A stretch of DNA of 64,000 nt from Zancudomyces culisetae HAW-14-8 (Eukaryota > Fungi > Kickxellomycota): positions 1,798,001 to 1,862,000 of the forward strand of contig JBNJNM010000021.1 in assembly GCA_052426225.1 (NCBI GenBank), given 5' to 3'. Within the stretch, counting starts at the first letter, position 1. Each line of letters opens with the position of its first letter. Made by a program: the position numbers and the translations under genes. The notes under the pieces are model-generated. The model ran no database searches, had not been told where the DNA came from, and worked only from the letters and a program-made list of their open reading frames with translations. This document shows, piece by piece, positions 14,913 through 26,788 of this stretch.

Positions 14913-16033
14913 ATGTCTAGAGTAAGTCAATTTTTTGCCTTTAAAGTATACTTAGAACGGACGCGACGTCAGTGCAGCTATCAGAGATTATTGGGTTACA
15001 GAATTCGTTGTGGTCTCGTTGAAAGTTTATTTAAGGATTCAAATCGTTAGCGGAACGATGAAACTAAAATTAATGTCCAATTTGAATCTGTAAATGTACA
15101 GGGGAATGAAAGGGGCATTACTGCAACATTTTCTAAAATCCAATATGATAATCTCTGCATAGTGCGGTTGGGGGGTTTTTTTGCACAACTGTTGCTTGAA
15201 TATAGCTTTTGTTTTCATTTTGTGAACAAGATATGTGTATATACATGCAATCTAAGGACTGTCGTTATTAACAAATGTTTTAAAATTGTACAATTTTACA
15301 GCTTAGAGAATACCAGGTTATCGGACGCAAGTGCCCAACTGAGAAGGAACCAAAGCCTCAATTGTACCGCATGAGAATCTTTGCTCCAAACGAAATCATC
15401 GCCAAGAGCAGATTCTGGTACTTTTTGACCAAGCTCAGAAAAGTCAAGAAGACAGCTTCACAAATCGTTTCGATCAACGAAATCAAAGAAGATAAGCCAT
15501 TGACCGTCAAGAACTACGGTATTTGGATCAGATACGATTCTCGCTCTGGCACCCACAACATGTACAAAGAGTATAGAGAATGCTCACGTGCTGATGCCGT
15601 TGAGGCATGCTGTAAGTATTTTTCATAATACCAACACTTGTGTTTTTCTAGCAATGGAATGATACGGCGATGTACTTTGAACTAAACTAAAAACGAATGA
15701 TTTTTATAAAATAATAGACCAAGATCTTGCTGCCCGCCACCGTGCCCGTTTCAGATCCATCCACATCATCAAGGTCGCTCAAGTTGCTGCCGCTGATGTC
15801 AAACGCAACTATATCAGACAATTCATTGTAAGTTTTTTCTCATTATTCTGAAGTTAGTTATGATGGTATCACTAAGTACTTTTGTCATATTTTATCAACA
15901 TCTTTTAAATCTTTTCTTTTGCTCTAAATAGGACTCCTCCATCAGATTCCCACTCCCACAACGTATCAAGAAGCCAGCACAAAAGAGACACAGATCTCTC
16001 ATCATTGCTTCCCGCCCATCAACCTTTTACTAA
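14913..16033 (+). CDS. RPL20: 60S ribosomal protein eL20 (L18a/L20). Exons 14913-14921, 15302-15611, 15718-15827, 15932-16033
   Basis: [55 protein letters not shown] and RPSTFY*. Strong codon bias. Confidence 0.97.
14973..15166 (+). other. Long imperfect stem-loop within RPL20 intron 1 (candidate structured RNA)
   Basis: Nested complementary arms: cagagatta/taatctctg, ttgggtt/aatccaa, gttgtggt/actgcaac (with G-U pairs) and ggattcaaat/atttgaatct. Confidence 0.6.
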
Positions 16034-16320
16034 TAGTTTAAAGAAATTTGTTTTTTTTCCACAACTGTTTATGTTTTAATTTGCTGTTTTAGTCACCTAA
16101 AATTATAAAGTTAATAAAACTTTGATTGTTTCTACTAATTTCACTTGTTCTAAGACATCAGTGCTTTTCTGTGGCCCTGGATATCAAGATTATTTATTTT
16201 AAAGCTTTATATATGTACAAGAGAACATGTTATAGAAATAAAAACTGCTCGAAAAAGTTCAAATCCAGCTCATACAGAACGTTAACTTGATATCACACAC
16301 CCATGCCTTTGAATATTTGA

Positions 16321-17921
16321 AGCGAGAGCAAAGATGGACCACAAAGGAATTGGGTCGACTTACAAGCGGCTTTTCCACAGTACATGAAACACATTCTTTT
16401 CGTAGGTCGAATTCGAATAGGTCAATTTTGGACCGCCACGAGATTAGCAAATTCGGGTTTTATAGATCCAGATTACAAAGCCAAATGTCCGTTCTGTAAG
16501 AAAGAAGAAAAAGAAACAGTTGAGCATTACTTATTAGATTGCAGTAGATGGGACGAAATTAGGAAGGATTTACTTACTGAATTTATAGATTTTTATAGTT
16601 CTTTTTTATCTAGCACGATTTCCGAGTGTGTTGAGCTTCGCAGGAAAATCGTGGGTAAACTCCTGGGGGAGGAGTTAAAGCTCAAACTACCTGGGATTCT
16701 TCGGGATCCAAACGCCACTTGCGTTAGAGCAGTGGTTTCCACAGCCCGGTTTCTTAACGAGACCTTTTTACCTCGCTACCTAGTGTTGAAAGACATTAGT
16801 GTAGTCCCACTCCCCTTGAACCAATGCCCATCGGGTACGGAGACTCTAGAGAGTCGAAGGGGGATAGGATGAGTTTAGATTATAGATTGTTTTTATTTTT
16901 TTTAGGAACTGTTTATTTTCTAAATAAATTTTTTTTCTACCGAAAAAAAAAAAAAAAAAACAAAGCCAAATGTCCGTTCTGTAAGAAAGAAGAAAAAGAA
17001 ACAGTTGAGCATTACTTATTAGATTGCAGCAGATGGGACGAGATTAGGAATGACTTACTTACTGAATTTATAGATTTTTATAGTTCTTTTTTATCTAGCA
17101 CGATTTCCGAGTGTGTTGAGCTTCGCAGGAAAATCGTGGGTAAACTCCTGGGGGAGGAGTTAAAGCTCAAACTACCTGGGATTCTTCGGGATCCAAACGC
17201 CACTTGCGTTAGAGCAGTGGTTTCCACAGCCCGGTTTCTTAACGAGACCTTTTTACCTCGCTACCTAGTGTTGAAAGACATTAGTGTAGTCCCACTCCCC
17301 TTGAACCAATGCCCATCGGGTACGGAGACTCTAGAGAGTCGAAGGGGGATAGGATGAGTTTAGATTATAGATTGTTTTTATTTTTTTTAGGAACTGTTTA
17401 TTTTCTAAATAAATTTTTTTTCTACCGAAAAAAAAAAAAAAAAAAACAAAGCCAAATGTCCGTTCTGTAAGAAAGAAGAAAAAGAAACAGTTGAGCATTA
17501 CTTATTAGATTGCAGCAGATGGGACGAGATTAGGAATGACTTACTTACTGAATTTATAGATTTTTATAGTTCTTTTTTATCTAGCACGATTTCCGAGTGT
17601 GTTGAGCTTCGCAGGAAAGTCGTGGGTAAACTCCTGGGGGAGGAGTTAAAGCTCAAACTACCTGGGATTCTTCGGGATCCAAACGCCACTTGCGTTAGAG
17701 CAGTGGTTTCCACAGCCCGGTTTCTTAACGAGACCTTTTTACCTCGCTACCTAGTGTTGAAAGACATTAGTGTAGTCCCACTCCCCTTGAACCAATGCCC
17801 ATCGGGTACGGAGACTCTAGAGAGTCGAAGGGGAATAGGATGAGTTTAGAATATAGATTGTTTTTATTTTTTAGGAACTGTTTATTTTCTAAATAAATTT
17901 TTTTTCTACCGAAAAAAAAAA
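16321..17921 (+). mobile_element. 5'-truncated non-LTR retrotransposon (LINE) 3' end, in three tandem copies each ending in poly(A)
   Basis: C-X2-C-X9-H-X4-C knuckle (CPFC...ETVEHYLLDC..W), typical of the LINE ORF2 C-terminus. Short 3'UTR with AATAAA and a poly(A) tail. Units of 485-486 bp start at 16476, 16961 and 17447. The 5' boundary is approximate. Confidence 0.88.
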
Positions 17922-18825
17922 CTGGACATGTCCAGTGGTCTGAGTTTTGATTTTGTATAGATATAATGTCCTATCATCCTTATTTCGAGTAGATTATGGA
18001 TGGTCTAACTAAAGTAGCCTGTGTTGACTATACAGGTGGTTGTATAATATAACAAATGTGGAGTGGAGAGGGCGGGGGAGAAGAGGATTATACCCAAGTC
18101 AACCTTGTAAAGTCCAGGGAGGGGAGGTGGAGAGGTTTGTGGTTTTCTACAAAGCGCGGTGGCGTTTTTTTTTTTCAATGTTATTTACTGTTATGATTTT
18201 ATTTTTTTTACTAGTAAATTTGCGATAGTTTTGGCCAATTGTTTAGCAAGATTGACAGTTAATTTCTGTATAGGATTCCCGTTTAATGATGTTTCCTGAT
18301 TTGTTACATCTTTTCATTTTTTCCCCCCTTCCCCCCCTCCCACATTCTTCCCTTTTTACTCCTATATCAAAAAGGCAAATTATTGGGATATCTGGAAATA
18401 ACAGTAAAAATATATTATAGTAATAAAAAAAGGTGATAGAATTATACAACAATATTATAATCTTTTTTTCCATATACGTGACTCCCCCTTCCCCTTCCTC
18501 ACATTCGTCTACTATATATTCCTAATTCATATAATTTCCATCATTTTTTGTGGTATAGGGGAAAATAAAATAATTTTTGTTCAAATATTTTACTATAAAA
18601 AAAATTATCAAATAAATAACAAATATATTTGGTTAATACACGAAAACTAGGTTGTTGGGATTTGGATTTAATATATTAAATATAAAATATAATATACAAA
18701 CGGAATAGACACAAGAACAGTACTATTGCAAAAAAAATAATCTAATAAGATAAGAAAAACAAAAAGAGGAGGAAATTCATAGGAAACAATTAACAAACGA
18801 GTTTTATGTAGAGAGCTGAAGAATA

Positions 18826-20547
18826 ATGGAAGAATTTATAGGCTCGGCAGTAAAGATTAATTTAAAAGATACAAAATTCTCACGTGTATGTGGAGTAATT
18901 GTAGATATAGATGTAGATACCCAGAAAATAGTTATCAATGAGGCGATAGCATTGAATGGGAAAGGGTATGTGGAGATAGGAAAACATGAGTTGTACGGAG
19001 GGATGATCAAGGACATACAAATAATAGGCAGGGACAAAAACTGGAAGAGCAAGGAATTGAAGGCCGCACGAGGGAGTGCGTTTGAAAAAAATCTCGAGCA
19101 AAATGGGCGAGAGAAGAAGGAATACGTAGATGTAGAGAAAAAGATTGAAGAGGCGGATATGAGAGGAGAGGCGGAGAAACTGAAGGAAGAGAGTTTGAAA
19201 CAGCGGGAAAAGCTGGTGAAGATGATGGGAAGTTTGACGGTGGAGAAAAAAATAGGAGGAGAAAACGAGAGTAACAAAGAAAAGAGAAAAGAGGAAGCGG
19301 ATATGAGTTCCTATAGCAGGCAACAGGGGCAAAACGGGAGGTACACGCCAAAACAGCGGGAGAGAAATGGAAAGGTATACAATTCGGGGAGTAAGGGTAA
19401 AGGAACCAAGGATACGTGGATGAATGAAGATGTGAGCCGGTATAACCAAGAGTTTGATTTTGAGGCTAATTTGATGTTATTTGACAAAAAGACGATATTT
19501 GAGGAGATTAGGAACAAGGAATCGAAGGATGAAAGCGAATTATTGGTAAATATCAATAAGCCCAAGGGATCACAAAGCAAGACACCAGTGGCAGCAGGGT
19601 GGAAAGAAAGCGGAGTAGGAATGGGAGTAGCAGTGGGGGTAGGGGGAGGAGGAATGGGAGGAGGAATAGGAGGGTTTAGAGGGGCAAAAGGAGAAAAAGT
19701 GGGGGTAATGGAAGCAGCCGAGTGGAAGAGAGTAGAAGAGTATGCAAAGAAGGAGTATGGGATAGACGAGCAAGTAATAATAGAGATGGCGGGGTATTTG
19801 GGAGCAGAGAAAATCTGCAAAGAAATGGAAAGAGGAGGACGAGTGTTGGTGATAGCAGGAAATGGAAGAAATGGTAGTTATGGATTGACAGCGGCCAAGA
19901 GATTAGTTAACAAGGGATATGAAGTGGATGTGATTCTGATGTTTAGAAGCAAGCGAAAGACAAGCGCAATGAATACGCAGCTGGTAAAGACAATCAAGGC
20001 GAATGGAGGCAAGATCTACAAGGAAATAGCAAAGTATGAAGGGTTGGATAAAGTCGAGGTGGTTGTCGATGCGATATACAGTGCAAACAGTTCTGATAGT
20101 ATCAACAGACGAAATGTGCAAAAGGTAGCAGGATTGATTGAAAAGAACGGAGCGCGAGGACACAGAACCAAGTTGGTATCGTTTGAATATCCACTAATTA
20201 GAGGAGTATTGGCAAACACATTAAGAATTGAAGAGTTGAGACAGGAGGAAGGAGGAATGAGTTCGAGTTTTAGCACGGATAGTGAAAGTGAGGGCAGCGA
20301 AAGAGGAGGGAGTAAGGATAGCCAGGGTAGGTATGGAGGAGAGAGTATAATAGCATCGAGTCACGTGATAGTGTTTGGAGTACCAAACAGGAGCGTGCAG
20401 CAACAGGTAGTGGGAAGCCGAGTGTATGTAGCAGATATTGGAATGCCACAAACAGCATACAAGGCAGTGTTTGGAAACAATAAGGATGTAATGGATAATA
20501 AAAATATCTTTAGGCAAAGTAGTATGGTTGAAATTAAAAGTTTATAA
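18826..20547 (+). CDS. EDC3: Enhancer of mRNA decapping 3 (LSm, FDF and YjeF_N domains), intronless
   Basis: N-terminal LSm (FIGSAVKINLKD), EFDFEANLMLFDK, and YjeF_N motifs AGNGRNG, VVVDA and VADIGMP. Confidence 0.9.
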   Translation: MEEFIGSAVKINLKDTKFSRVCGVIVDIDVDTQKIVINEAIALNGKGYVEIGKHELYGGMIKDIQIIGRDKNWKSKELKAARGSAFEKNLEQNGREKKEYVDVEKKIEEADMRGEAEKLKEESLKQREKLVKMMGSLTVEKKIGGENESNKEKRKEEADMSSYSRQQGQNGRYTPKQRERNGKVYNSGSKGKGTKDTWMNEDVSRYNQEFDFEANLMLFDKKTIFEEIRNKESKDESELLVNINKPKGSQSKTPVAAGWKESGVGMGVAVGVGGGGMGGGIGGFRGAKGEKVGVMEAAEWKRVEEYAKKEYGIDEQVIIEMAGYLGAEKICKEMERGGRVLVIAGNGRNGSYGLTAAKRLVNKGYEVDVILMFRSKRKTSAMNTQLVKTIKANGGKIYKEIAKYEGLDKVEVVVDAIYSANSSDSINRRNVQKVAGLIEKNGARGHRTKLVSFEYPLIRGVLANTLRIEELRQEEGGMSSSFSTDSESEGSERGGSKDSQGRYGGESIIASSHVIVFGVPNRSVQQQVVGSRVYVADIGMPQTAYKAVFGNNKDVMDNKNIFRQSSMVEIKSL

Positions 20548-20569
20548 ATAAAGTTAATAAAGTTAGTGG

Positions 20570-20617
20570 TAAATAAATAAATAAACAAATAAATAAATAA
20601 ATAAACAAATAAATAAA
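20570..20617. repeat. (AAAT/AAAC)n microsatellite between the convergent EDC3 and VPS18 stop codons
   Basis: Visible tandem aaataaataaataaac. Confidence 0.8.
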
Positions 20618-20630
20618 CATGTGGTGTTTG

Positions 20631-22772
20631 TTATAATGACCAAGAGGAGGATTGGTGGTCAGTAGAGAAATCAAATAATGGAAGATTAATAGATTTGATG
20701 ATATATTCGCCACACAAGACGCAGTCCTTTGCGACTAAATCATCAAGACGTTTGTAGCAAGAGTCGAGTGAGTTGGTGATTGCAATAGTATTCGGGGAGG
20801 TTGTAGTGATTGGAGAAAGAGGAGAAGAAAAAGAAGGAGAAGAAGGAGAAGGGTCAGAGGACAAGAGTTTGAGGTTAAGGTTGCGTTTCTTCTTGGAGAG
20901 ATCGTTTATGGAAACTAGGATGGATTTGATGAGTTTGGAGTTGATGGGTAAAGTGAAGGGTGAGGTTTGGATATGTTTGATTAGACAATCAGCATGGAAT
21001 GAATGTTGGCAAGGAAACACATAGATGTTTTTGCTGTTTTGATTATAAGAACTACCCATACTATTCCCGCTTGTATGAACATTTCCAAATCCAGATCCAA
21101 ATCCAGATCCAAATCCAGATCCAGATGAAGATGAGAAAGAATATGAAACAAGTGGCAAGTTACATAAGTGGCATGGCTGGTTGGACTCGTCAAGAAGTGC
21201 AAACTTGGTTACCAATAATTGGTTGAGACTATCGCGGATTACATTTGCATTACTCAACGAGTCAGAGATGTCTCTATACAGATTGTTGGTGGCAGTTTCG
21301 TAGTTCAAAAGTAGGTCCATCACCAAGTTTCGAATGTTTGGATTTTCTAACATTGTTGATAAAACCTTGTCATTAAGTAAAAGCAACCCTCCATTGGTAT
21401 TATTGGCAGTACTACTAATACTAATATTAATATTACTGTTGATGTTGTTGTTGTTGTATTCACGTGAATTTTTTGTTCCCATCACCATTGTCGATGCCAT
21501 ATCCAAATTCGTCAAAATTTCAATAACCTTGTTATAATCTTTCTTCTCGTTAATCAAATAATCTATTATGCGTTTCCACAGCTTTTCATTTTCCTTGTCA
21601 TGCTCAATACTACGATTATTTTTACCCTCATATATAACACCCTCTGACGCTGAATTCCCCTCTTCTCCATGCCCTTCCCCTTCCCCGATAATCCCCATAC
21701 CCATCCCCATATCCATACCATTGATTCCATCCTCTGGTGAAATCATATTCGACTTTGAACTCTCTCGCCTCATCCCTCCTTTCATCATGTTTGTATTATT
21801 GCCTACAGGAATTTGTGCAATCGCTAAATCCACATCGTCCATCTCCACTATAGCCAACTCTACTGCTTGTTCATAGTTTTGCATCTTGGTATATATTTCC
21901 ACGCATACATTGTACAGTCGATGCTTCTTACATATATTTAGGATAATGTTCAAGTCGCAAACATTTTGGTTTTCAGTATCTAGTACTCTGCGCTCTTGTA
22001 CATTTTTTAGAACCTTTCTCGCCTCATCCTCATCCTCCTCATCCTCACCCTCACCCTCATCTTCCTCACCCTCCCCACTACCACTACCACTAACACTACC
22101 ATTATTGCTGTCATTGTCGAGCTGTGTTTGATGACTATAATAACTATAATATCGATAATAATATCGATAATAATATCGATCTAAAAACTCCAACAACCGC
22201 TTATCCATACCTTGCTTAGCATACATTAATACCAAATAATAATATACCGATTTTTCCACAACCATTGCATGCTGACCATAACCAGAATGCGAATAATATC
22301 CGTCATTTTCAACGTCGTATACTTGAGTTTCTTCCATCTCTGATAAACGTTGCATCTGATGTTGTGGCTCAAATGTATCAGATTGGTCAAGTGCATAATA
22401 CACCAAACTCTCCAAAAACTTGATGATAATATTCGCCCGTGCATTTCTGTCAATATTTTCACCATCATTTTTTTCGGCATCACTGCCCAATCCCTTTACT
22501 GTAGTTGTCGTTGTTGTTGAGGTTTCGTTACTGTTTTCATATTTTACAAACATCGGTATCAACTTTGAAACGTTGATTATACAATTTGCACCTTTGCTTT
22601 TTTTAATCAGCAACAACACAACCCGCATAAACTTTTCTCCCGTATTCATCAACAAGTCGTACCCATACTTATATATATACTTTTGCACATCTTCCTGTTT
22701 TACTTCAGTCATGGTATTCTCCAAACTATCTCCAAACCCATCATATCCTTCATGATGTACCGATTCTTTAAA

Positions 22773-22809
<37 letters not shown>

Positions 22810-25464
22810 GGCGTTTTTACCAAATTTTGTGGCAATGAAATTGTTGTCAGCACACCTAGTGCCTGCTCATACTTACCCACAGACATATAGTGTTCCATTG
22901 CACGTTTATAATCCTTCAAAACCTTGGTATAGTAAAACTCTAATGTACTATCCATACCATCAATTCGACTACTCAACATTTCAATCACTTTGTGTGGTAC
23001 CAAGTACTTTTTGTATGTCGATAAATACATTTGGAAATCCTCTATTAATAGATTCAATTCTTCAACCACAACGCTATTCTTGTTGCTATTGTTTCTATTA
23101 CTTTGCCCTCCAGGTTTTTTAATACCTTTTTGAATTTGACTCTTTGCCTGATATTCATCCCCTCTATGTTGTTGTTGTTGTTGTTGTTGTTGCTCTTTTA
23201 CCACTTTTTTTTTGTATACTGAAACCAGTTGTAAATAGACCTCTACCATCAAAAGTGCCATAGTCTTTAAATCATGCACTTTTTTGTTCGTTACTACCCT
23301 TTCTTTCCCCCCTATTGCAATCACTTGCTTTCTTACCTGCTTCATCTTGCTCGTCAAATATGTCTTGAGCGCCTCCATCTCATTGATTTCTATAAATTTG
23401 ATACTGATTTTTATAAATTCATCTTCTCCGGTTGCAGGCATCTGCTGACGTTCCATCTCCTCCAGTTCCTCCGTCTGATTCGTGCTCTCAGCATAGTACC
23501 TTGCCGACAATTCATATTTTTTGTTTTCAAAATACGAATCTGCCTGCGCTGTCACTACTTGGTTTCTTTGACTCTGATTCTTGCAATACTTTAGTGCCAA
23601 CTCATACCGCTTATTTTCTAAATATATCTTCCAAACATATCTGTCCTCTTCTACCACCACTAACTCTAGTAGTTTCTTTCTTGTTATAATCCAGTATGTA
23701 CCCTTGATACTATCCTTAACCAACCGTATCGCCCTATTATCACCTTCTCTCTCTTCTTGCTGACCCATGCCTTCGTCTCCAACCTCGTCTATCTGTTCAT
23801 TGTATATCTCCTCTCCCTTTAACTTTGATATCACCTTGATACTCCCACTGAACAGCAGTATAATATGAAACTCTGTTATCAGCATATCTATCGCTTTTTG
23901 TTCCATTTCTTCCCAGTGATATGGTAATAATGTTCCCCCCTCCACCACACTACCTCCTGCCTCTTGCGACCCATATACTATATTTCCAAAATATATCCCA
24001 TTGCTCGTTAGCCATCCAAACGAGTCTGCCACACTTTCTACTGTATACTCTTGATACTTGTTGTATACTGATAGTTTCCCTGCTCCTTCATCCTCTTCCC
24101 CCTCAATCTCCAAAAAATCTACATATATTTATAATACGCTTTACTTTTAGTTTCTGTTTTAAAACCTTTTCCATACTAGAAAAACATCATACTAGACTTG
24201 ATTATCGTTCAAAAAACTTACTTGGTTTGCTCCCATTGTTACTAAAAAACCATCCATATATCCCCTGTGTGTTTGAACCATATTTCCCCATTCCCATTCC
24301 CATTCCCATTCCAATACCCATCCCCATCCCCATTCCTGTCGTCTTCGTCGCAGACACTGACCTTCCAGATCCTGGTGCCCCATATCCTGCCATGTTCAAA
24401 CTTCCAATAATCTGATACATTCTTGTTGCCGTAGTTATCATTACCAGTCTTTGCTTACTTCTTCCTGGAAATGTCTCCACCGCCAGTCCTACTATTTTTT
24501 CTTTCACTATCAACTCAAACACCTTTTGACAGTATCTAATGCTTTTTTTGGCTTGACTTTCGTTGGTCTTGAATTCTATTTCCCAAACACTCCCGTTCTC
24601 GAGTCCCAGTAGCGCCACATCGCTGCCCTCCGCGTATTCTTCGCTTGTATTGTCCCATCCAACCGAGCTTATCACCATACCCTATTTTTATTCATCCCTT
24701 GTTGTATTACATACTGGTTGTTTAAGTTTTTTTTTTTCGAGTACGCGTTTATTCAGAATATCATTTAGGTTCCTTAAATATATATCCAATCACTTGCAAT
24801 TTCTAAAAAAAATAATAATAAAACAGTTCTTATATTCGCAAATATATATATACCTACCTTCAACTGTGGTATTGGTATCGCTTTATTCCATTTTGTATTC
24901 ACATAATAGTTATCTCCGTTTTCGTATGTGATTATTATGTGCCTTGCTAGCTGATCCATATATATTTTCCCATTTATCTTGAAATTTTCCCTTTTTATGG
25001 GAATTTCCAAATCTATAACATCCCGCACACCATCATGTATTAAAAGCAGTTGTAAAACTCAGTGGCCTTTCAAGTATAGTAATAATAACACACAAATTCA
25101 CCCTCCCCCCTTTGATTCAAATTCCGAAAATAATACACGCAGCTTTAATTTCTTTACTTACCGTTAATCTTATATGCCTCGTTCAGATTTATCAACTGTA
25201 ATCTTCCCTCTTGCAAAAATACAACTACAATATCATTCGAAACCGCTAGGGATAACAACTCGTTCTTAACTTCGTATTGTACCTCCTCCAAACTAAACAT
25301 TCTTTCTTCTTCCCCAGCCTTCTCCATTTCCTCCTCTTCTTCAAAGATTGTTTTACTCTATTATAATATATAATCCATATACATATATTTAGGTCTTGCC
25401 AACAGGTTGGATAACATCAGTTTTTTTTATAGTTTACACTTGGCTAGCTACTTGCCTTTTTCAT
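20631..25464 (-). CDS. VPS18: Vacuolar protein sorting 18 (Pep3), multi-exon; start codon inferred through a GC-AG intron
   Basis: FGWLTSNGIYFG, TEFH, EDRYVWKIYL, SARYYA and clathrin-type repeats, plus the C-terminal RING-H2 (C..C...YVFPCQHSFHADCL...DCVLCGE..I..I..P). Confidence 0.92.
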
Positions 25465-26112
25465 TGTATTTTTTTATATACTGTTGGCTGGTCTTGTTTC
25501 TATTCTTGTTTGTTTGTTATTATTCGCTTTTTATAATCCCTGTATATACATAAATTTAACAATCACAGGGTTGTTAATTTTAAACACTTGACAATACTCT
25601 AACAAAATTGCAATAGCACGCAAGTACTCAAATAATAAGGTATGTTCCAATAACATTAAACATAAATACAACTTTTAATGTTGCTGAATTAGAAATGTTT
25701 AGACCAAACAAAATTCACCATAAATTTCTTTCCTTATCCCCACTCTTTCATGTTTAATTTAGCCAATTTCATCTGGAAATATGAAATAAAAAACGAAATA
25801 AATCTGCGTGTAATTGTATTATATTATTATTATTATTAATTTATTTCAGTCAACTTTTGTTCCTTATTATTTTGAAGATACAAAAAAAAAACAAAAAAGT
25901 GGAATAAAGGTGTATTGTTCATTAATCCTGCAAATCTTAATTCTACTCACAAAAAGTTTGTCCAAACTCATTCAAAAAAACCGAATTTTTACTCCAGAGT
26001 GTTCTTCTCTGCCTCACTTTTCTGCGATAATCTCTTTTAAAAAAAAAGGTACTATTTAAAATCAGCATATATCCTCGATTACACTTACCAAAGGAACGAA
26101 ACCAAGACGAAA

Positions 26113-26632
26113 ATGGACGACCTCGATATCCCAAAGCTTGACGAATTAAATGTTTTGGACAATATTATCACTCTTCTTTCAAAATGCGAATCTGGCGAAT
26201 CTTGGCAACAAATATCCCTTCAGGTAATTTTCTTGTTTTCACTCATACTTGCGCACCAATTTTTGTTGCTGGTATTTTGTACAGACATGCCATCACATTC
26301 TCGCCCTTTATTTCTCTCCGCATACTAGATTTATAATAATATGGGATCTCACTGTAACAATCCTGAATAACATATGCATATATATTTGCTACTTAGATTA
26401 ATGAACTTGGTGATAAATTACAACAATTGCAAAACCAGGTTGATAATTTACCAGGAATACATCTTTCCTTAAATGAACAACAGCGAATTTTGGAGCAAGA
26501 ACAAGAAACTCTGTATTTTAAAGCGTAAGATTAAATTCTTCTATTTCTTCACTTTTACTAATTTTCTTTATCAACTGAATATTTTTCAATACTACAAATA
26601 GTAAAGAGCTTCAAAAACATTCTTCGACATGA
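26113..26632 (+). CDS. MED9: Mediator subunit 9-like small protein. Exons 26113-26223, 26397-26524, 26602-26632
   Basis: Spliced product contains LQNQVDNLPGIHLSLNEQQRILEQ, matching the Med9/Med21 LPGI...EQ coiled-coil motif. GT-AG introns are in frame. Confidence 0.65.
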
Positions 26633-26745
26633 AGCATTGAAACATAAAAAGGAGTACCTATTGTTTTTAACTGAGAGAAAATTGCCGATATTCAAGAATT
26701 TATCTGTACATATGAACAGATACACATTTGATGTGTGTATTTGAA

Positions 26746-26788
26746 TATGAATATGAGTATGAGTGAGTATGAGTATGAGTATGAGTAT
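26746..26788. repeat. (ATGAGT)n hexamer microsatellite
   Basis: Visible tandem repeat. Confidence 0.8.

Noticed and set aside
16804-16870. Hammerhead or twister ribozyme
   Set aside because: Three-way topology is present, but the conserved catalytic core nucleotides are absent on both strands.
16824-17357. 177-aa ORF with a hydrophobic segment and poly-Lys
   Set aside because: Artefact of reading through the LINE 3'UTR and poly(A) into the next tandem copy.
16476-17921. CRISPR-like or LTR interpretation of the direct repeats
   Set aside because: Units are 485 bp, protein-coding and poly(A)-tailed, with no unique spacers and no TG...CA termini or PBS.
18804-24931. Numerous antisense and alternative-frame ORFs over EDC3 and VPS18 (similar ones over both CHS genes and the KH gene)
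   Set aside because: Shadow ORFs caused by skewed, low-complexity coding sequence.
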